Of a DNA stretch of 64,000 nucleotides, positions 49,582 through 63,408 are shown piece by piece (within the stretch, counting starts at the first letter, position 1; the number at the start of each line of letters is the position of its first letter). This DNA is from Callorhinchus milii (lineage: Eukaryota). Below the pieces are notes generated by a model that had not been told where the DNA came from, made no database searches, and saw only the letters and a program-made list of their open reading frames with translations. The position numbers and the translations under genes were made by a program. Where the stretch lies: the NCBI RefSeq assembly GCF_018977255.1, contig NW_024704742.1, positions 43,650,001 through 43,714,000 of the forward strand, in the 5' to 3' direction.

Positions 49582-50439
49582 CCATATTGCACATATATCC
49601 AAGTTGCATACGGTAACTATAAAATACACAAATCTATGTAATGTACATATATACATTTTATAGTGTACCGTCTGCAACTTGAGTCGAGAAACGAGTCATT
49701 TTGAGGGAAGTTGCACCGCAAAGCATCAAAGCTTTTCTTTCGCACTTTTGCAATCTGTAAACATTTCCCTGATGTTCAGTCGCCTGCACGTGCCGAATTA
49801 TTTGGCCCTAAAAGCCCTTCTTTTCTTTCCCCCCCCCCTTCAGCAGTCGTTTTAAATGGGTTTTCCTTCCACGGTGCACTTTGTGGCCTCTGATGTGCAT
49901 CCGAAATCGAGCTCTTCCTTTGCATGTTTTATTTTTTTTTAAATCAGGGACTGAATTCCCAAATAGCCCCCAAATATGGATTGCATATCTCCCATCGGTG
50001 TTCAAGACTGCAAGTTGGAGGGGGGGGGGGGGGGAATTGGTGAACTTTTTAATAACAGTGGTTGAGGGCTCCCAGACTCCCATCGATTTTATTATTAATT
50101 CTGCACCAATAAGTGGAGGGTTGAGATTCCCAACCATTGCAATCAGCACCTTGGACAAGGACAAGGACAAGAGCTGCCACCAGTCACCTCGCCACCGAGC
50201 AAACAGCATGCAGTGAAGCAGAGTGCAAACCAGGGAGGGGGGCATCAGGAGGGGGTTAATGATCAGCGTTGCTCACACGGGCTCTCTGCCTGGCAGCTCC
50301 TGAGAGCACAAGCTGAGTCATTGAAACCATTTCTATTCGGTGCTAAAAATAGCCTGTGTGCCAGGTCAGTAATCCTGGAGGGAAGGACAAGGGAACTGCA
50401 AGCGTGCCCAAGGCATTGAAGATATCCAGGTGCACTGAA

Positions 50440-50483
50440 ATGATGATGATGATGATGATGATAATAATAATAATAATAATAAT
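50440..50483 (+). repeat. (ATG)n(ATA)n compound microsatellite
   Basis: Directly visible. Confidence 0.9.
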
Positions 50484-50947
50484 AAAGCGAATGAGAAACA
50501 CAAATGCAAAATCACCTTGTATCCACGATTCACTATTAACCAAATAACACAACGGCAGAGGAAGGCAACCCTGCCTCAGAGGCAGCACTGTCTTCATAAC
50601 AAGAATAATAGTGAAAGGGGCCCCCATTTGGGGAAGGGGAGTGTTAACATTTTAATCATGGGAATGAATAACATTATTTAAAATAGCCGCTGTGTATGAT
50701 TTAAAGGGCATTACAATATGTGTGTGTTTGTGTTTGCACCATTCCACCGAGAAGCTGCTGATCACAACATTAGGGGTGAGGGTGACATTTGAAAAATCTC
50801 TTATGTTCAGAGGCACCACCCCAGGAATAACAAGTGAGTACCTTTGGATTTTATTGGTCTATTTATACTTTCTGTACGTACTGCTGATTTATGTAATACA
50901 GCATATATTTTCCTTTCAGTTGCTGTTAATGGAAAATCTCCCAAACA

Positions 50948-51376
50948 TAATAATCCTTGCATGTAACACAATGCCTTATCACGTCACTGAAATGTCTCAA
51001 AGCTCTTCACAATAATTTATAGCAAGATGTAGTTACTGTGTATTTGTACACGGATGCAGCAGTCAATTTATTCGCAGCTGTGTTCCACACAGCCATGAAA
51101 TGAATGATCAATTTTATCTGGATTGTTGGCCAGGATGCTGGAAGGTATTCCCTTCTCTTATTGAATCATGCCAAGGGATCTTTAATGTCCACCTGAAGGC
51201 AGACAGGACCTCTATTTACTGTGTCATTTGAAGGACAGTACCTCAAACAATGCAATGCTTCTCAGCCCTACATTAGAGTGTCAACCAAGACTATCAGCTC
51301 AATGTACCAATGTGGAGCTTTAATCCACAATCTGCTGACTGAGAGGTGAGACTGCTATTAACTGAGCCAGGCTGAC
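50948..51376 (-). mobile_element. Full-length Deu-type SINE
   Basis: Head, core and tail collinear with 7826-8245. Confidence 0.7.
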
Positions 51377-53239
51377 ACCCAGCTCAAACATATGACAAAA
51401 TAACTTGGGGGAAGAAGCTAAAAAAAAGGTAATTAAACAGAATATAAAATCTATTGTGATGTTTCCCACAAATGACATATGAGTAATTGGTGTTAAAAAC
51501 ATTTGCTCTTTTTGACCGCCCCCTCAACCCATTTCACAATTACCATAATTTATTCACAGGCTTACTATCAAAATAATCTATTGCTTCAATTGTATTACAC
51601 GGTACTTTTATTATTAATTTTCCGCCCCCAGTTTTCTTTGCCTTCCCCCCAAGATGTGTTGGCCTATTTTTTCTTCCTACTGGAATATGGTTACATAGGC
51701 GGCAGTTACCCCTCTGTCATTTCACCCAAGTGGCCATTATTCAAATGAGCTTTGACAATAAATGAAAGCTATTTGACCGTGGTAGGGGAGGAGGGTCATT
51801 CACTCTTTCAATTGACCTTTTCATTTGTATTAACTTGCCAAACCTTGTGACTGATGAGAGAATTTCAAAATGTTCTGATTAAATATTGTTTGTAATGAAT
51901 TACATTTTCTTACATCCAGATTGCAAGCAAATTGATTCTATTTGCACAACATCAAAATGAACCCAAGATTTCAATATTTTAAAAAATCCATATTTTTCAA
52001 AATGCAATTAAATTGCTTAACCAAACTAATCAGACTGCTTCCTGAATAAGAAAATATAATTATTATTCTATAGTTATCTCAATTACTGAAACAACTTTTC
52101 GAGGAAGTGAATAATTGAATCAAGAGAACCAAAGCACTCTTCCAAGAGCCATTATGATTACCAGGGACAACTTTACATCTTTATTCAGGTATGGAATCAA
52201 GAGGAACTCTGGGCGATGGAGGATAGTGGACAACACATTGATTCATTCCAATCGCATACACCCTCTGGCAACTTTCACACAGTTGTATTGGCATAAAACT
52301 GAAACAATCAGATTATCTTTGCCTTCCTTCTCATAGTACCTATCTACTAAAGCAAGATTTTATAGTTCAAGTGCAAGTCCCAAATGCAAATTACATCTAT
52401 TCAGAGCCAAGTTGCCATATTCAGCCTAAGCAATCTTCTTCTGATATTCTATTATCTGATTTTCCCAGCATCATCTTTCTTGTTCCTCCTGTGCTATGAT
52501 TCCTGAATTCTGCATTTTCTTTAAAACTTCCTTAAAGCTTGATTTTTTTTAACATTTCAATTGACAAAAGTATTCATTGGAGTAATCGACTTTAATCTTT
52601 GTCCTTTTCAGGTTGCTATTCTGATTAATTTGATTAGGCATGTCCTTCGGTGAGTCCAGTTTAACTTAAAACTGCTGATCAAAAACTACTTAGGAAATTA
52701 ACAACTTCCAAAGCCATTACTGTCTTTCCTGCCTTCAAAAGAGCGATGGCTTGTGTCTACAGAAGTTTGATGCAATATAATTGATATGGCAATGCACTTC
52801 AGCAGATCTGCTTTTACAATTACCATAACATTGCTTCTGCCTGTGTTGTTGGATTTCTCCAGTGGAAACCCATTAAAGGGGACTAGATCATCACTGACAC
52901 TTCTGCAATTCACTTGACAAAAACATTTTGCCTTCAGGATATGTAGAAGTGTTGTGTTTTCCATTTCCTTTTGTTCTTTGGCAAATTTGAATGATAATTG
53001 CTATAATGGCTAATGTTTGCTAATATTCACAAGTGTAATTGTGCTAATGGCACAGGGACATTGAAACAGGAGTAGGCCACTGGAGCCACAGCACCATGTT
53101 GTTGCTCATGATTACCCTGCCTGTGTCATGGTCTTTGTCTCTATCAAGCACTGTGTATATACTGGACACTTGTGGTACCTGCTCTTCCTGTTTCTTCCCT
53201 CTCCTGTTGTGTAACTGCAGATGACATTCTCATTTCAAG

Positions 53240-55260
53240 CACTCTCAGTGAGATGAGATGAAGTAACCTAAAGCACGGTTGAAAGAAACAGGCTTTTAAG
53301 CTTTAAGTAGGGAGGGGGTGAGACTCCAAGATAGAATTGTAAAAAGCAGGGGCAGAATGATTGAAAGCTTGTCCACCAACGGCAGGGCCGGTTGGATGGA
53401 CATGAAGCAGGCTGCTGAGTGGAGAGCGTGGCTTGACTGCAGGAGGTAGCAGAGGTTGGGTGAGGCAGTGGCTTAGTGAGATGGACTGCGCATCCTTGGA
53501 TGGTGATGCTGTCAGCACCTGAGGTGTGGAGGCACTGACGGGAGCCAATCAGGAGAGCCTCGGTCTTGTTGACATTCAACTGAAGAAAGTTTTCGCTCAT
53601 CCAGGATTTGATGTCAGGCAGACATTCTGTTAGGACAGCAGTGGTCCTGGGAGTCAAGAGTGGAGGCAGAGAGATAAAGTTGGGTGTTATCCACATACAT
53701 GTGGAAGTTGACCCCATGTTTGTGCATAATGTCACCAAGTGGAAGCATGTAGATATTGAAGAGGAGGGGAAGGACAGAGCCCTGAGGCATGAGAGGGTGG
53801 GTGGAGGACCCAGTTGGTGATGGAGAAGGGGAGCCTGGAATTGTCCTTGGCCTCCAAGCTGGTCTTGGAGTAGAATGACAATATGGTGGAGGAGAGGGTG
53901 GAGCAGTAAGATTTTATAAGGTCCAGTCAGATCTGCCGATTGGCCGGTAAGTTAGATTTGAGCCAGGTGCGTTCAGCGGCACACATCTGTGCCTTGAGAG
54001 GCTAGAGGTGGCTGGTGTATCAGGGTGATTTTTGTGAGTAGGAGATGGTTCGGGAAGTGAAAGGAGCAAAGGCATTGAGAGTGGTGTAGAGGGAGTTGTG
54101 GAGGAGAGTGACCAAGGGGGATAGTTCATTGCGTGAGGAAGCCCAGAGGGGGAGGAGTTCAGATGACTCCAAGGCAGTGGAGAGGGGGGGGGAGATTTTT
54201 TTCCAGGAGCAGTAAGTGGAGGAGGTGGGGTGGGTCACGGTAGGAAGAGGGATTGAGGAGTTAAGGGAGACTAAGTGATGGTCCAAGATCACTTTGTCGA
54301 TGATGGTGAGGTCCAAGACAGTGAGACCCCGAGTGATCACCAGGTCGAGGGGGTGACCGTGGACGTGGGTGGCAGAGCGGATATGGAGGGAGGGATTGAG
54401 AGAGGAGGGAGGAGAAGTCAGCAGAGTTAGAGTAGGAGGGGAGGAAGTGAAGGTTGAACTCGACTAGCATGAGGAGCCATTTGGAGCAGAGGGACAGGGA
54501 AGATATGAGGGGGGAAATGTCGGGGAGGAAGGTGGTGGAGGGCTTAGGGGGTTGATAGATAAGAAGAATTTTGAGGGAAAGGTTAGAGAGGTGATAAAGA
54601 GTAAGGTGTTCCCAGGAGGGGAAGGTTGTGGAGGAGTAAGGGGATAAGTGGAGTGGGGAGCAGGATGTGAGGGTCATACCGCCACCACGGCAGTTAGGTT
54701 GTGGTTATGATGGAAGGTGTAGCCGGGTGGTGTGACCTCTGTCAGGGGGAAGGTGTCGCCTGGAGTGACCCAGGTTTCGGTGAGGACGAGAATGTCAATG
54801 CTTTTGTCAACAATCAGGTCTTGGATGGTGAGTGTTTTGTTGGCGAGGGAGCGGACATTTTGTAGACCGATGCGGAGAGAACAGTTGGTTGCAGAATGTG
54901 GGGGAGGATTGACAAGGAGGGTGGGGATATGGATGAGGAGAGATTGGCCCCCAGGGTTAGGGACCGATGGACCTTGCGGAAAAGTGAGGGATAGGATAGT
55001 CAGAGTGGCTGCTGCCACAGTGGGCCCAATGGAGGATTCATAGGCTTGAGCAGAGGAAGGCTGTGAGAAGGTCGAGCAGGGATAGGAATCGCAGAGGATG
55101 GTGGGAGAGGAGGAATGATTGAGAGTAGTGAATGGTAGAGGACAGGGTGGGAGCATTTTGGGGAAGTAGCTCGGGTTGGTGGCGGCAGCCAAAATGTGCA
55201 CGCAGAGACTAAGAGCGAATGGTGGGGTCTATGGTTAGCACACTGGTATAGATCATCGAT
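53240..55260 (-). mobile_element. Degenerate, internally deleted L2 LINE (APE endonuclease + part of RT)
   Basis: LQNVRSLANK...DILVLTETW (APE), GHPLDLVITRG...[17 protein letters not shown] (decayed YADD) and IKSWMSENFLQLNVNKTEALLIG. Confidence 0.9.
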
Positions 55261-56689
55261 GGGGTCAAAGAACATTTTACCTCAATAATTAATGGATTCC
55301 TTCTATCATTATTGGATCAATTTCACTGTAAGAAGCATCCAACTTCAGTTCACAAAGCAAAATAGAGGAATGTTGCTGAAGATAATTTAGTACTAATGGA
55401 ATGTTTGGATTGTTCACCAATTATTGATTGAATAAAATGGACTGTATTGTATAAGCTGCTGGTGCTGCCACAGCAACAACGTACATTAGTACATTTTCTC
55501 CAGACTTAATGGCAAATGATCAAAAAGGGCATTAATCAACAAACTGAGCAAATACAATCCCTGTAGAAAGAAACATTAATTACTTTAATTTTATTCTGTT
55601 TATGATGTTTCAGTTATAGACATTACCAAAGTTTAAATAACATTATGAAAAGGACCTCAACATTTTGAATATGAGCTAATTAGGGGGAGTCTAATAGCTC
55701 AAATAGTTGAGTGCTTAATAATGCTCCAAACTACCAATTGTATTCTAAGAAATACAAGCCACTGACTTTGATCATTTTACTTGTGTAATTCAGTGCATTA
55801 AATATGCTTCTGCCAAAGACCAGGAACAATTTGTAGCAATGTACACTTTTCTCCACTAGAATAATAACAGCTCCAAAACAAGAAGCTTTTGTGAAAATGT
55901 TCACAAACTCCAAAAGATAATTGATAGTAAAGTCTCGGACATCAATCCTGACATTGTACTCTGTTGTTCTTCCCTTGATCCTATAGCAAAGCTGAAATAA
56001 CTGTGTTCTGGAATGTGTTTGATCATCTAAATCTATACTTGTGCTCTTAAAGAGATTAATTGGTGTTGCATTGATGACTCATTTCTTTTCCACATCTTAT
56101 TGTTCTCCAGAAAATAAATGCAAGAAAGATTCAGCCAGTAAGGCTGTCATCAAGCTCCAACCTCAACATAATAGCTCTCAATAAATTCCATTCAAATCTG
56201 TTAAAAGCCTTCTCTGCCTCCAGGAAGAGTACTATTGTAGAATCCCAAACTCATACACAAAGAGAGACAAACACAGACTCACATGCAAACACATCGGAGA
56301 CACAGACACACACACACTCACATACTCACAAATATGCAGATTATATAGTCATAATAAACTACAGTCAACAGCCAATAGATATTATTAGAAAATTGCCTCT
56401 CACAGATGAATCCCATCTGATCCAATGAATTACTTGGTAACCAATTTATTAAGATGTAAGACTAAAGTTTCAGCTGCAAATTTGAATACTAATTCGACAA
56501 TGAAAAGATCTGTTGGGGGTAAACTGGAGGGGATCCATCTCTACTTTAAATTACAGAATTCATTATAAATAGCTGTAGGTGATCCATTTGGAGCTGGACA
56601 TTTTCATGATTCCATTGACGCTTTAGCCTGACAGAATTTCTTGAATAAGATTGGGGGGCTGGGGGTTGGGGATGGGAATGCAACATTAA

Positions 56690-57062
56690 ACTGACATTCC
56701 AATGCAGTGCTAGAGGTAAGTTTCTTTGATGGAGCTGCCATCCTTCAGATGAAATGTTAAACCAAGTTCCTCTCTACCTGTTTAGGTGGATGTTAAAGAT
56801 CTGATGGCAATATTCAATAAAAGAATGGAGTTTCTCTTGATGTCCTGGCCAATAAACCTCAAATTTTAAAAAAAATCACCACTCCACAGCTGTTTCTGGG
56901 ACATTGTTGTGTGCGGGACATTGCTGTGTGCAACTGGCTGCCGCGTTTCACCCATAAAAGATAACGTTTTTACAATGACTTTACAGTGTATCGTTGTGAA
57001 GTGCTTTGAGAAGTCTAAATGATGTGATAAAGCATTGTACCAAATACAAAGATTATTATTAT
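56690..57062 (+). mobile_element. Deu-type SINE core + tail
   Basis: Homologous to the other Deu-type copies. Confidence 0.65.
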
Positions 57063-57117
57063 ATCTTCATCAAATCTGGGTAACAGAAGTAGTTAGCAAT
57101 AATTGTAGAATAAACAG

Positions 57118-57218
57118 GTGGAGTAAGGAAACTTGCCCAAGGTTTCACCCTGCCGGGACTCAAACCCAGATCTCTCGCTTGTGAGGCAAGTGCTCTAACC
57201 ACTGAGCTACAGGACTCC
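57118..57218 (-). mobile_element. Head of the tRNA-derived SINE
   Basis: GAGTCCTGTAGCTCAGTGGTTAGAGCACTTGCCTCACAAGCGAG... Confidence 0.8.
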
Positions 57219-57534
57219 TCATATTCTAATTATATTCCAATCATTGCTCACAGCTCATTCCTCTGATACTGTGGATCATCCTCATTGCTCTCTTCTGCAC
57301 TAACTCTAGGTCCAGGCGACCAGAACTATATGCAATGCTCTAGGTGCTGCTTGACCAGAGAACTATATAGCTTGAATATGATATCTGGGCATTAGAATTC
57401 AACAGATTTAGCTATGGTAATAAAGTCCAGCACCCTGTTAGCCTTGTTTAGTAATGACTCACACTGTTTTGACATAGTGAGCAATGAGATAGTGAGATAG
57501 TGAGCAGAGAGGGTAGGAGAGTGGCCGAAGGCAC

Positions 57535-59055
57535 AACAACAAAATTACATTTGTAAAGCGTCTTTCACAACGGGAGGATGGCCCAAGGCGCTGAACAGTT
57601 GGGGATCAGGACCTGAGCATGGAGGGCAGCGTTGGAATGAGGGAGGGCAGAGAGGTAGGAGGAAGGTGCAGGCACGGTCAAAAAGGAGGGACTTGAGTCA
57701 TGCCTTCAAGGGAAGGAGTGAGGCGAAGGGATTATGGGATGGAGTTCCAGAAGGTGGGAGCAGAGAGGCTGAAGGGCAGGGGACCTGTAGCAAGGCGGAG
57801 CCTGCAGAGCAGATGGAGTGAACAGGTTGATAAGGGGTTAGGAGGTCAGAGAGGTAGGAGGGGGCAAGGCCATGGAGGACCTTGAAGATGAGGACAAGAA
57901 TTTTGAACTCAATCCTCTGAGGGATGGGGAGCTAGTGGTGCCGGGCGAGAGTGGGTGTGATGGGGTCTTGGAGCCTGGTGCAGGAGAGGGCATGAGCTGC
58001 AGAGTTCTGGATGATCTGCAGTTTGTGGAGAGAAGATTTGGGAAGGCTGACAAGCAGGGCATTGGCATAGTCAAGCCTGGTTTAATGAATGTGTGTATGA
58101 GGGTTTCGGTGGCTTGGGGCCAAGAGGGAGTATGTACAGGTTGAAAGAAGAAGGCTGAGGACAGAGCCCTGAGGAACACCGCACAAGACCGTGCGGGGTC
58201 TGGAGGAGAATCCATTTGTGGAGACAAAATGGAGCTGGTGTGCGAGGTAGGATCTGAACCATTCAAGGACAGAACCTTGAAGGTTAAGGTGAGTGGAGAG
58301 ACGGTGGAGGAGGATAATAATAATAATCCGTGTATTTGATATAGCGCTTTTCACGTCTTCTAGACGTCCCAAAGCGCTTCACAGAATATACTGTAAAGTG
58401 AATTGACTGTATATTTGTGGGCGAACGCGGCAGCCAATTGCGCACAGCAATGTCCCACAAACAGTCGTAGATTGAAAATGACCAATTTATTATTGCTTTT
58501 TGTTTTGGAGGGACTATTCTTAGGCGTGTGGAGTAAGGAAATTTGCCCAAGATTTCGCCCTGGCTGGAATTGAACTCAGGTCTCTTGCTTGCAAAGCGAG
58601 TGCTCTAACCACTGAGCTACAGGACTCCACATAGAGTGGTTCACAATGTCGAAGGCAGCAGAGAGGTCGAGAAGGATGAGGAGACAGAGGGAGCCCTGGT
58701 CACAGATAGACAGAATGTCATTTGTCACCTTGACCAGGTACAGACCGTAGGCAGCACGGAAACCCGATTGGCGAGAAAGCATTAAAGCTGGGAAGCAATA
58801 ACTCTTTCAAGGACCTTGGATAGGAAAGAAAGGTTGATAAGGCCTGAGAATAAAAGGCCGAGGAAGTGGAGCTGGGAGATAAGGAAAGGGGTAGGGGTGG
58901 GGTCGAGGGAGCAGGTGGTGGGCTTCATGCGGGTTATAGTGATGGTGTGAGAGGAGGGTGCGACAGGTTTGAAAGTGTGGAGAGAGGGATGGGTAGGGGC
59001 CAGACTGTGAGGGAGAGATGGGAAGGGGGTGGCAGTTGGGAGGGCAAAGGTGGCT
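57535..59055 (-). mobile_element. Degenerate L2 LINE (RT region to 3' tail), interrupted by a SINE
   Basis: QSGFRAAYG...LLILLDLSAAFD, ILLHRL...VLEWFRSYL, GVPQGSVL, and the L2 tail at about 57535. Confidence 0.88.
58314..58630 (-). mobile_element. Full-length tRNA-derived SINE inserted in L2
   Basis: Complete head/body/tail; L2 coding sequence is continuous across the removed insert. Confidence 0.92.
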
Positions 59056-59179
59056 GAATGAATAAACAGAGGCGTGTGGAGTAAGGAAATTTGTCCAACT
59101 TTTCACCCTACCCGGGAATCAAATCCTGGTAACTCACTTACGAGGTGGGTGTTCTAACCTACCAGCCTCCACTAAGCAA

Positions 59180-59420
59180 CAAATCAAGATCATTAATTTA
59201 GAAAGGTGTAGGAGCCATCTCAATACACAGCCCCTGTGGCACCCGCTCAAAATCTCCCCATTTTTGATCTAGCTCTCCTAACAACAAGTCTCTGCTTCCT
59301 TTCCTTCAGCTAATTTGGGACCCATGTCTATTTCTTGACCTTAATGCCCAGGAACCTTAGTCTGTGAAGGAATTTTTCATGTGGTACTTTGTCAAACATC
59401 ATTTGGAATCTAGATATATT
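59180..59420 (-). mobile_element. Old CR1-like RT fragment; likely continues at 57240-57490
   Basis: Decayed YLDF..AFDKVPH, RKQR.VV and GVPQG-like segments; 57310-57370 encodes LYSSLVKQHLEHCI*FWSP. Confidence 0.6.
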
Positions 59421-60644
59421 ATGTCATATGGCCTCCCACTGTCAATTTGCGAGTATTTGAACTGAAAACATTGATTCTGTTGCTGAAGAATACAACTGTG
59501 ACATTCACAAAAATTATAGATAATGTAACTTGACTTTGCATTGAAATTACAACGCTGAACAGAAATCTTATATGTTTAGAGTAAATAGTGCGCAACCCTA
59601 CAATCATTTTGTATGGGAGGGCATGCTAGTAGAGTGTGAAGGATAAGTGACAAAAACAGTTAAGGCTTATTGAAGAAATCTTAACACAAGTTGGAATACA
59701 GACCTTAATTATTCAAACTGAAGAAGCCTTTTCTCAAATAATTCAAACTACATGGTAGATTAAATCAGATGAATAATAACATCTTGACATTTTCAAATGC
59801 CACAGCCTTTCATTTATAAAGTAAATGGGCCCAATGATTGATAATTAAATCCAATTATCCATTAAGAAACCGAGAACATTTGGGAGTCATGTTGCTTTTC
59901 TCCTTTCACCAGATCAGTGGCATTTTCATGAAATGCTTCAAACATCATTTTACCAGCGGAGTGCATTTTTGTAAAGGGAATAATTTATTCAAAAAAACTG
60001 ATGAAAATCCATTATCAAAGGTATCCATTTATGTAGACTCTGTATTTAAAGTATAGTGTTCTATAACAACTAATTCATTTAGATTGTTTTAATTTTTCAA
60101 AAATACACCATTTTAGGACTTTTTCCCATATAGGTTGGTTAGCTTTCCTAGTACACCAGCAAATAAAACATGGGCCAGGTGATTGGCAGATTACTTAATC
60201 TATTGTCCTTTATCCTCTACTGCCTCTGTTATTGAAACTTGCTGGAGGATGTGTAAGACCAGTCAAGGAATGTTCCACCATTTTGTCCTCCTTCCCTCTC
60301 TGGATGAGCACCTGGTCACCATCATATGTTTTTGATTGGATTTTTATTCCATACGAAGTTGATTATTCCTCATAAACCAAATCACAACAATTTGCGAAAA
60401 TGTTCAAGATGGAAACCGTGAAAATCCCAACTGTAATGTCTGCCCTGGGCTCAGTTAGTTCATCTTAGAAGGAGCACTGGCAGTTTTGCTGCAGTTGCCT
60501 CAGTATCCCTGCCCTAGGGAGCGAGAAAGAATAAACCAGCTTCCAACGCTTGGTTACTGTCCAACTCCCCCTGTTGAACAATGCATGAATAATTGATGCA
60601 TTCTCATGAATTTAAGTGGTCCCAATATTATGTTACCCATGAGT

Positions 60645-62150
60645 CAACAACAACAACAAGATTTCATTTGTAGAGCGCCTTTCACGTCGGGAGGACGTCC
60701 CAAGACGCTGGACATTTGGGTCAGGACCCGAGTAGGGGGGAAATGGTCAGGGTGAGGGGAGAGAAGGAAGGGAGCAAGGAAGGGGTAGAGAGTCGAGAGG
60801 GGAGCTGAAGGCACAGTTAAAGAGAAAGGTCTTGAGACCGGCCGTGAAGGAGGAAAGGGAGGAGGCGGCGAAGGCACTGGGGGATAGAGTTCCAGAGCCT
60901 AGGGGCTGAGAGGCTGAAGGCCCGGCCACCGATGGTAGGGCGGTTGGGGAGGGGGATGTGGAGCAGACCGGAGCCAGTGGAACGGAGGGTACGGGCAGGT
61001 AGGTAGGGGGATAGTAGGTCGGAGAGGTAGGAGGGGGCAAGGCCGTGAATGGCCTTGTAGGTGAGGATGAGGATCTTGAATTCGATCCTCTGGGGGATGG
61101 GGAGCCAGTGGAGGCGAGCGAGGGTGGGAGTGATGTGGTCCCGAAGCCTGGTGCGGGACAGTACACGAGCTGCAGAGTTCTGAATGACCTGCAGCTTGTG
61201 GAGGGAGGTGCCGGGAAGGCCGACGAGGAGAGAGTTCCCATAATCCAGCCTTGAGGTGATAAAGGTGTGGGCCAGAGTTTCAGCAGCGTGAGGGGTGAGG
61301 TAATGCCGTAGTCTGGCGATATTCCGGAGGTGATGGAAGGCGGTGCCAGTTGTGGCGCGGATATGAGGGAGAAAGGACAGCTCAGGGTCGAACAGTACCC
61401 CGAGGTTCCTGAGCGGCTTTGAGAGGTGGAGAGTGCAGCCTTGGATGCTGATGCTGTCATAGAAGAAGAAAGATAGAGTTGGGTGTCATCCGCATACATG
61501 TGGAAGTTAACTCCATGTCTGCGGATGATGTCACCAAGGGGGAGCATATAGAGGGTGAAGAGGAGGGGACCGAGGACAGAGCCCTGAGGGCCACCACACG
61601 AGACAGTGCGGGGGCTGGAGGTAAAGCCGTTTGTGGAAACAAAATAAAGATGGTGGGAGAGGTACAACCAAACCACTCAAGGACAGGGCCTTGAAGGTTG
61701 AGGTGGGAGGACAAGCGGTGGAGGAGAATAGCGTAGTCGACCGTATCGAATGCTGCCGCTAGGTCAAGGAGGACGAGGAGGCAGAGGAAGCCCTGGTCGC
61801 AGATGGTCAAGATGTCATTGGTGATCTTGACCAGGTCGGTATCTGTGCTATGGGCAGCACGGAAACCCGACTGAAGGTGTTCGAATAATGCATGGGTGGA
61901 GAGGAAAGAGCGCAGCTGGGAGGCAACAACTCTTTCAAGGACCTTGGACAAGAAGGGGAGGTTGGAGATGGGCCGGTAGCTTGTTAGTTGTGACTCATCA
62001 AGGGAGGGTTTTTTTCAAAGTGGGAGTGATGATGGCAGTTTTTAGGTGAATGGGAACAGACCCAGAGGAGAGGGACAGGTTGATGATGTCTGTGATAAGT
62101 GGGGCAATGAGGTGGAGCTGAGAGATAAGGAGTGGAGTGGGGATGAGTCC
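60645..62150 (-). mobile_element. Young L2 LINE fragment with reverse transcriptase
   Basis: YRPISNLPFLSKVLERVVA...QSGFRAAHSTDT...LLDLAAAFDTVD...[19 protein letters not shown]...YADDTQLY; frameshifts and an internal deletion; (TTG)n tail. Confidence 0.95.
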
Positions 62151-63179
62151 ATAAAGAGTTAACCCTACAAGTCATTTAGTTGCATTTAGGATTTAGTTGT
62201 CATGGCAGAAAAGGAAAAGATGTTCAGTGCGTCACTATTTGGGAGTTTGGAAATACTGTATGCCAATTCTGAGTTGTTGAGTTTCTCCTCTTCTGAAAAA
62301 TACAGAATCAAAATTCAGGACTTTTTTTTTACTGTTTATGTAAACCTGAACAATTGCCTTCTGTAATCCAGATGGTGAATAGAAAGAACGAAAGGAATAC
62401 AAAGACCATTTTGTGTTTCACTTTGCATTCCATTTTTAAAAATATAGTAAATATGCTAATGCATTCCTCAAAAAGGATAAACAAATTAAACCTCCCACTC
62501 AGTCCACATCTAATATGAGCTGACAAAGATAGTGCATATTAAAACCAAAAATATTTCCTCAAATGTCAAACCTCTCATTAAGCTGAGAATCCAGTTTTAA
62601 ATAATCCCTGTATAATTTCCAGCCTTGAGATACTTGCATACTTAACAATTTAGTAACAATAGTGCAGTAGCTTTACGGCTGATTCATTAAAAGTCAAATC
62701 AGCCATATGTTAAACAAAAACACTGCTGTATCAGCTGCCACATTTTGCCTTAGCTCTCTCATGAAACCTGCTACAACAAAAAAAATTGCTTCAAATTTAC
62801 TTAAAGTTGCTAAGTTGTACTTTGTAGCAATTTCTAAATATGGGGAATTGCATGACTGAATTCTCCGACTCTCAAATATCCCACTTTGATCTATGAAAAT
62901 GCCCTAGGCTCCTTCTCTGTGCATTAATACATTTCATTGACAGGTACAATTGTGTTAACAATTCTGAGCATTGTTTTCTTTGTTTTAAGAACAATATCAA
63001 ACCATGCAAAAATAAACAGAAATGAAAAGATGACTTATGGAATGCATTGGCTAGATGACATGTTGTTATGTTAAATGTCGCCTAGCTTCTGAAAAATTAC
63101 CTACTGATCCAAGAAGTCAAGATGCTAGAACCAGAGAAAAGGGTTGTAGTTATGTCCGGAGTCTTTCCCTCTAGTGGTA

Positions 63180-63408
63180 AACAACAACTTGCGTTGATAT
63201 AGCACTTTCGTACAGGGTAGCATCTTGGCACGCTGAGGGTAAACAACAACAACTTGCACTTATATCACGCCCTTCACGCGAAGCAGAGTCTCGGAGCGCT
63301 TAACAGTGGCGGAGCCCGACGCTGAGCTGGGGGTAGGGAGGAGGTGACTGTAATCACGGTTGAAGAGGAAGGTCTTCGGTTGCGATCTGAAAGAGGGGAA
63401 GGAGGTTT
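63180..63408 (-). mobile_element. Two tandem short L2-type 3' tails
   Basis: Two ACAACAACTTGC tails, similar to 23621-23745 and 44863-45050. Confidence 0.65.

Noticed and set aside
58557..58628. Apparent tRNA-Ala(TGC) gene, and similar copies elsewhere
   Set aside because: Attached to a SINE body (and, in full copies, a tail), copies diverge, and the terminal acceptor pair is missing; treated as SINE heads.
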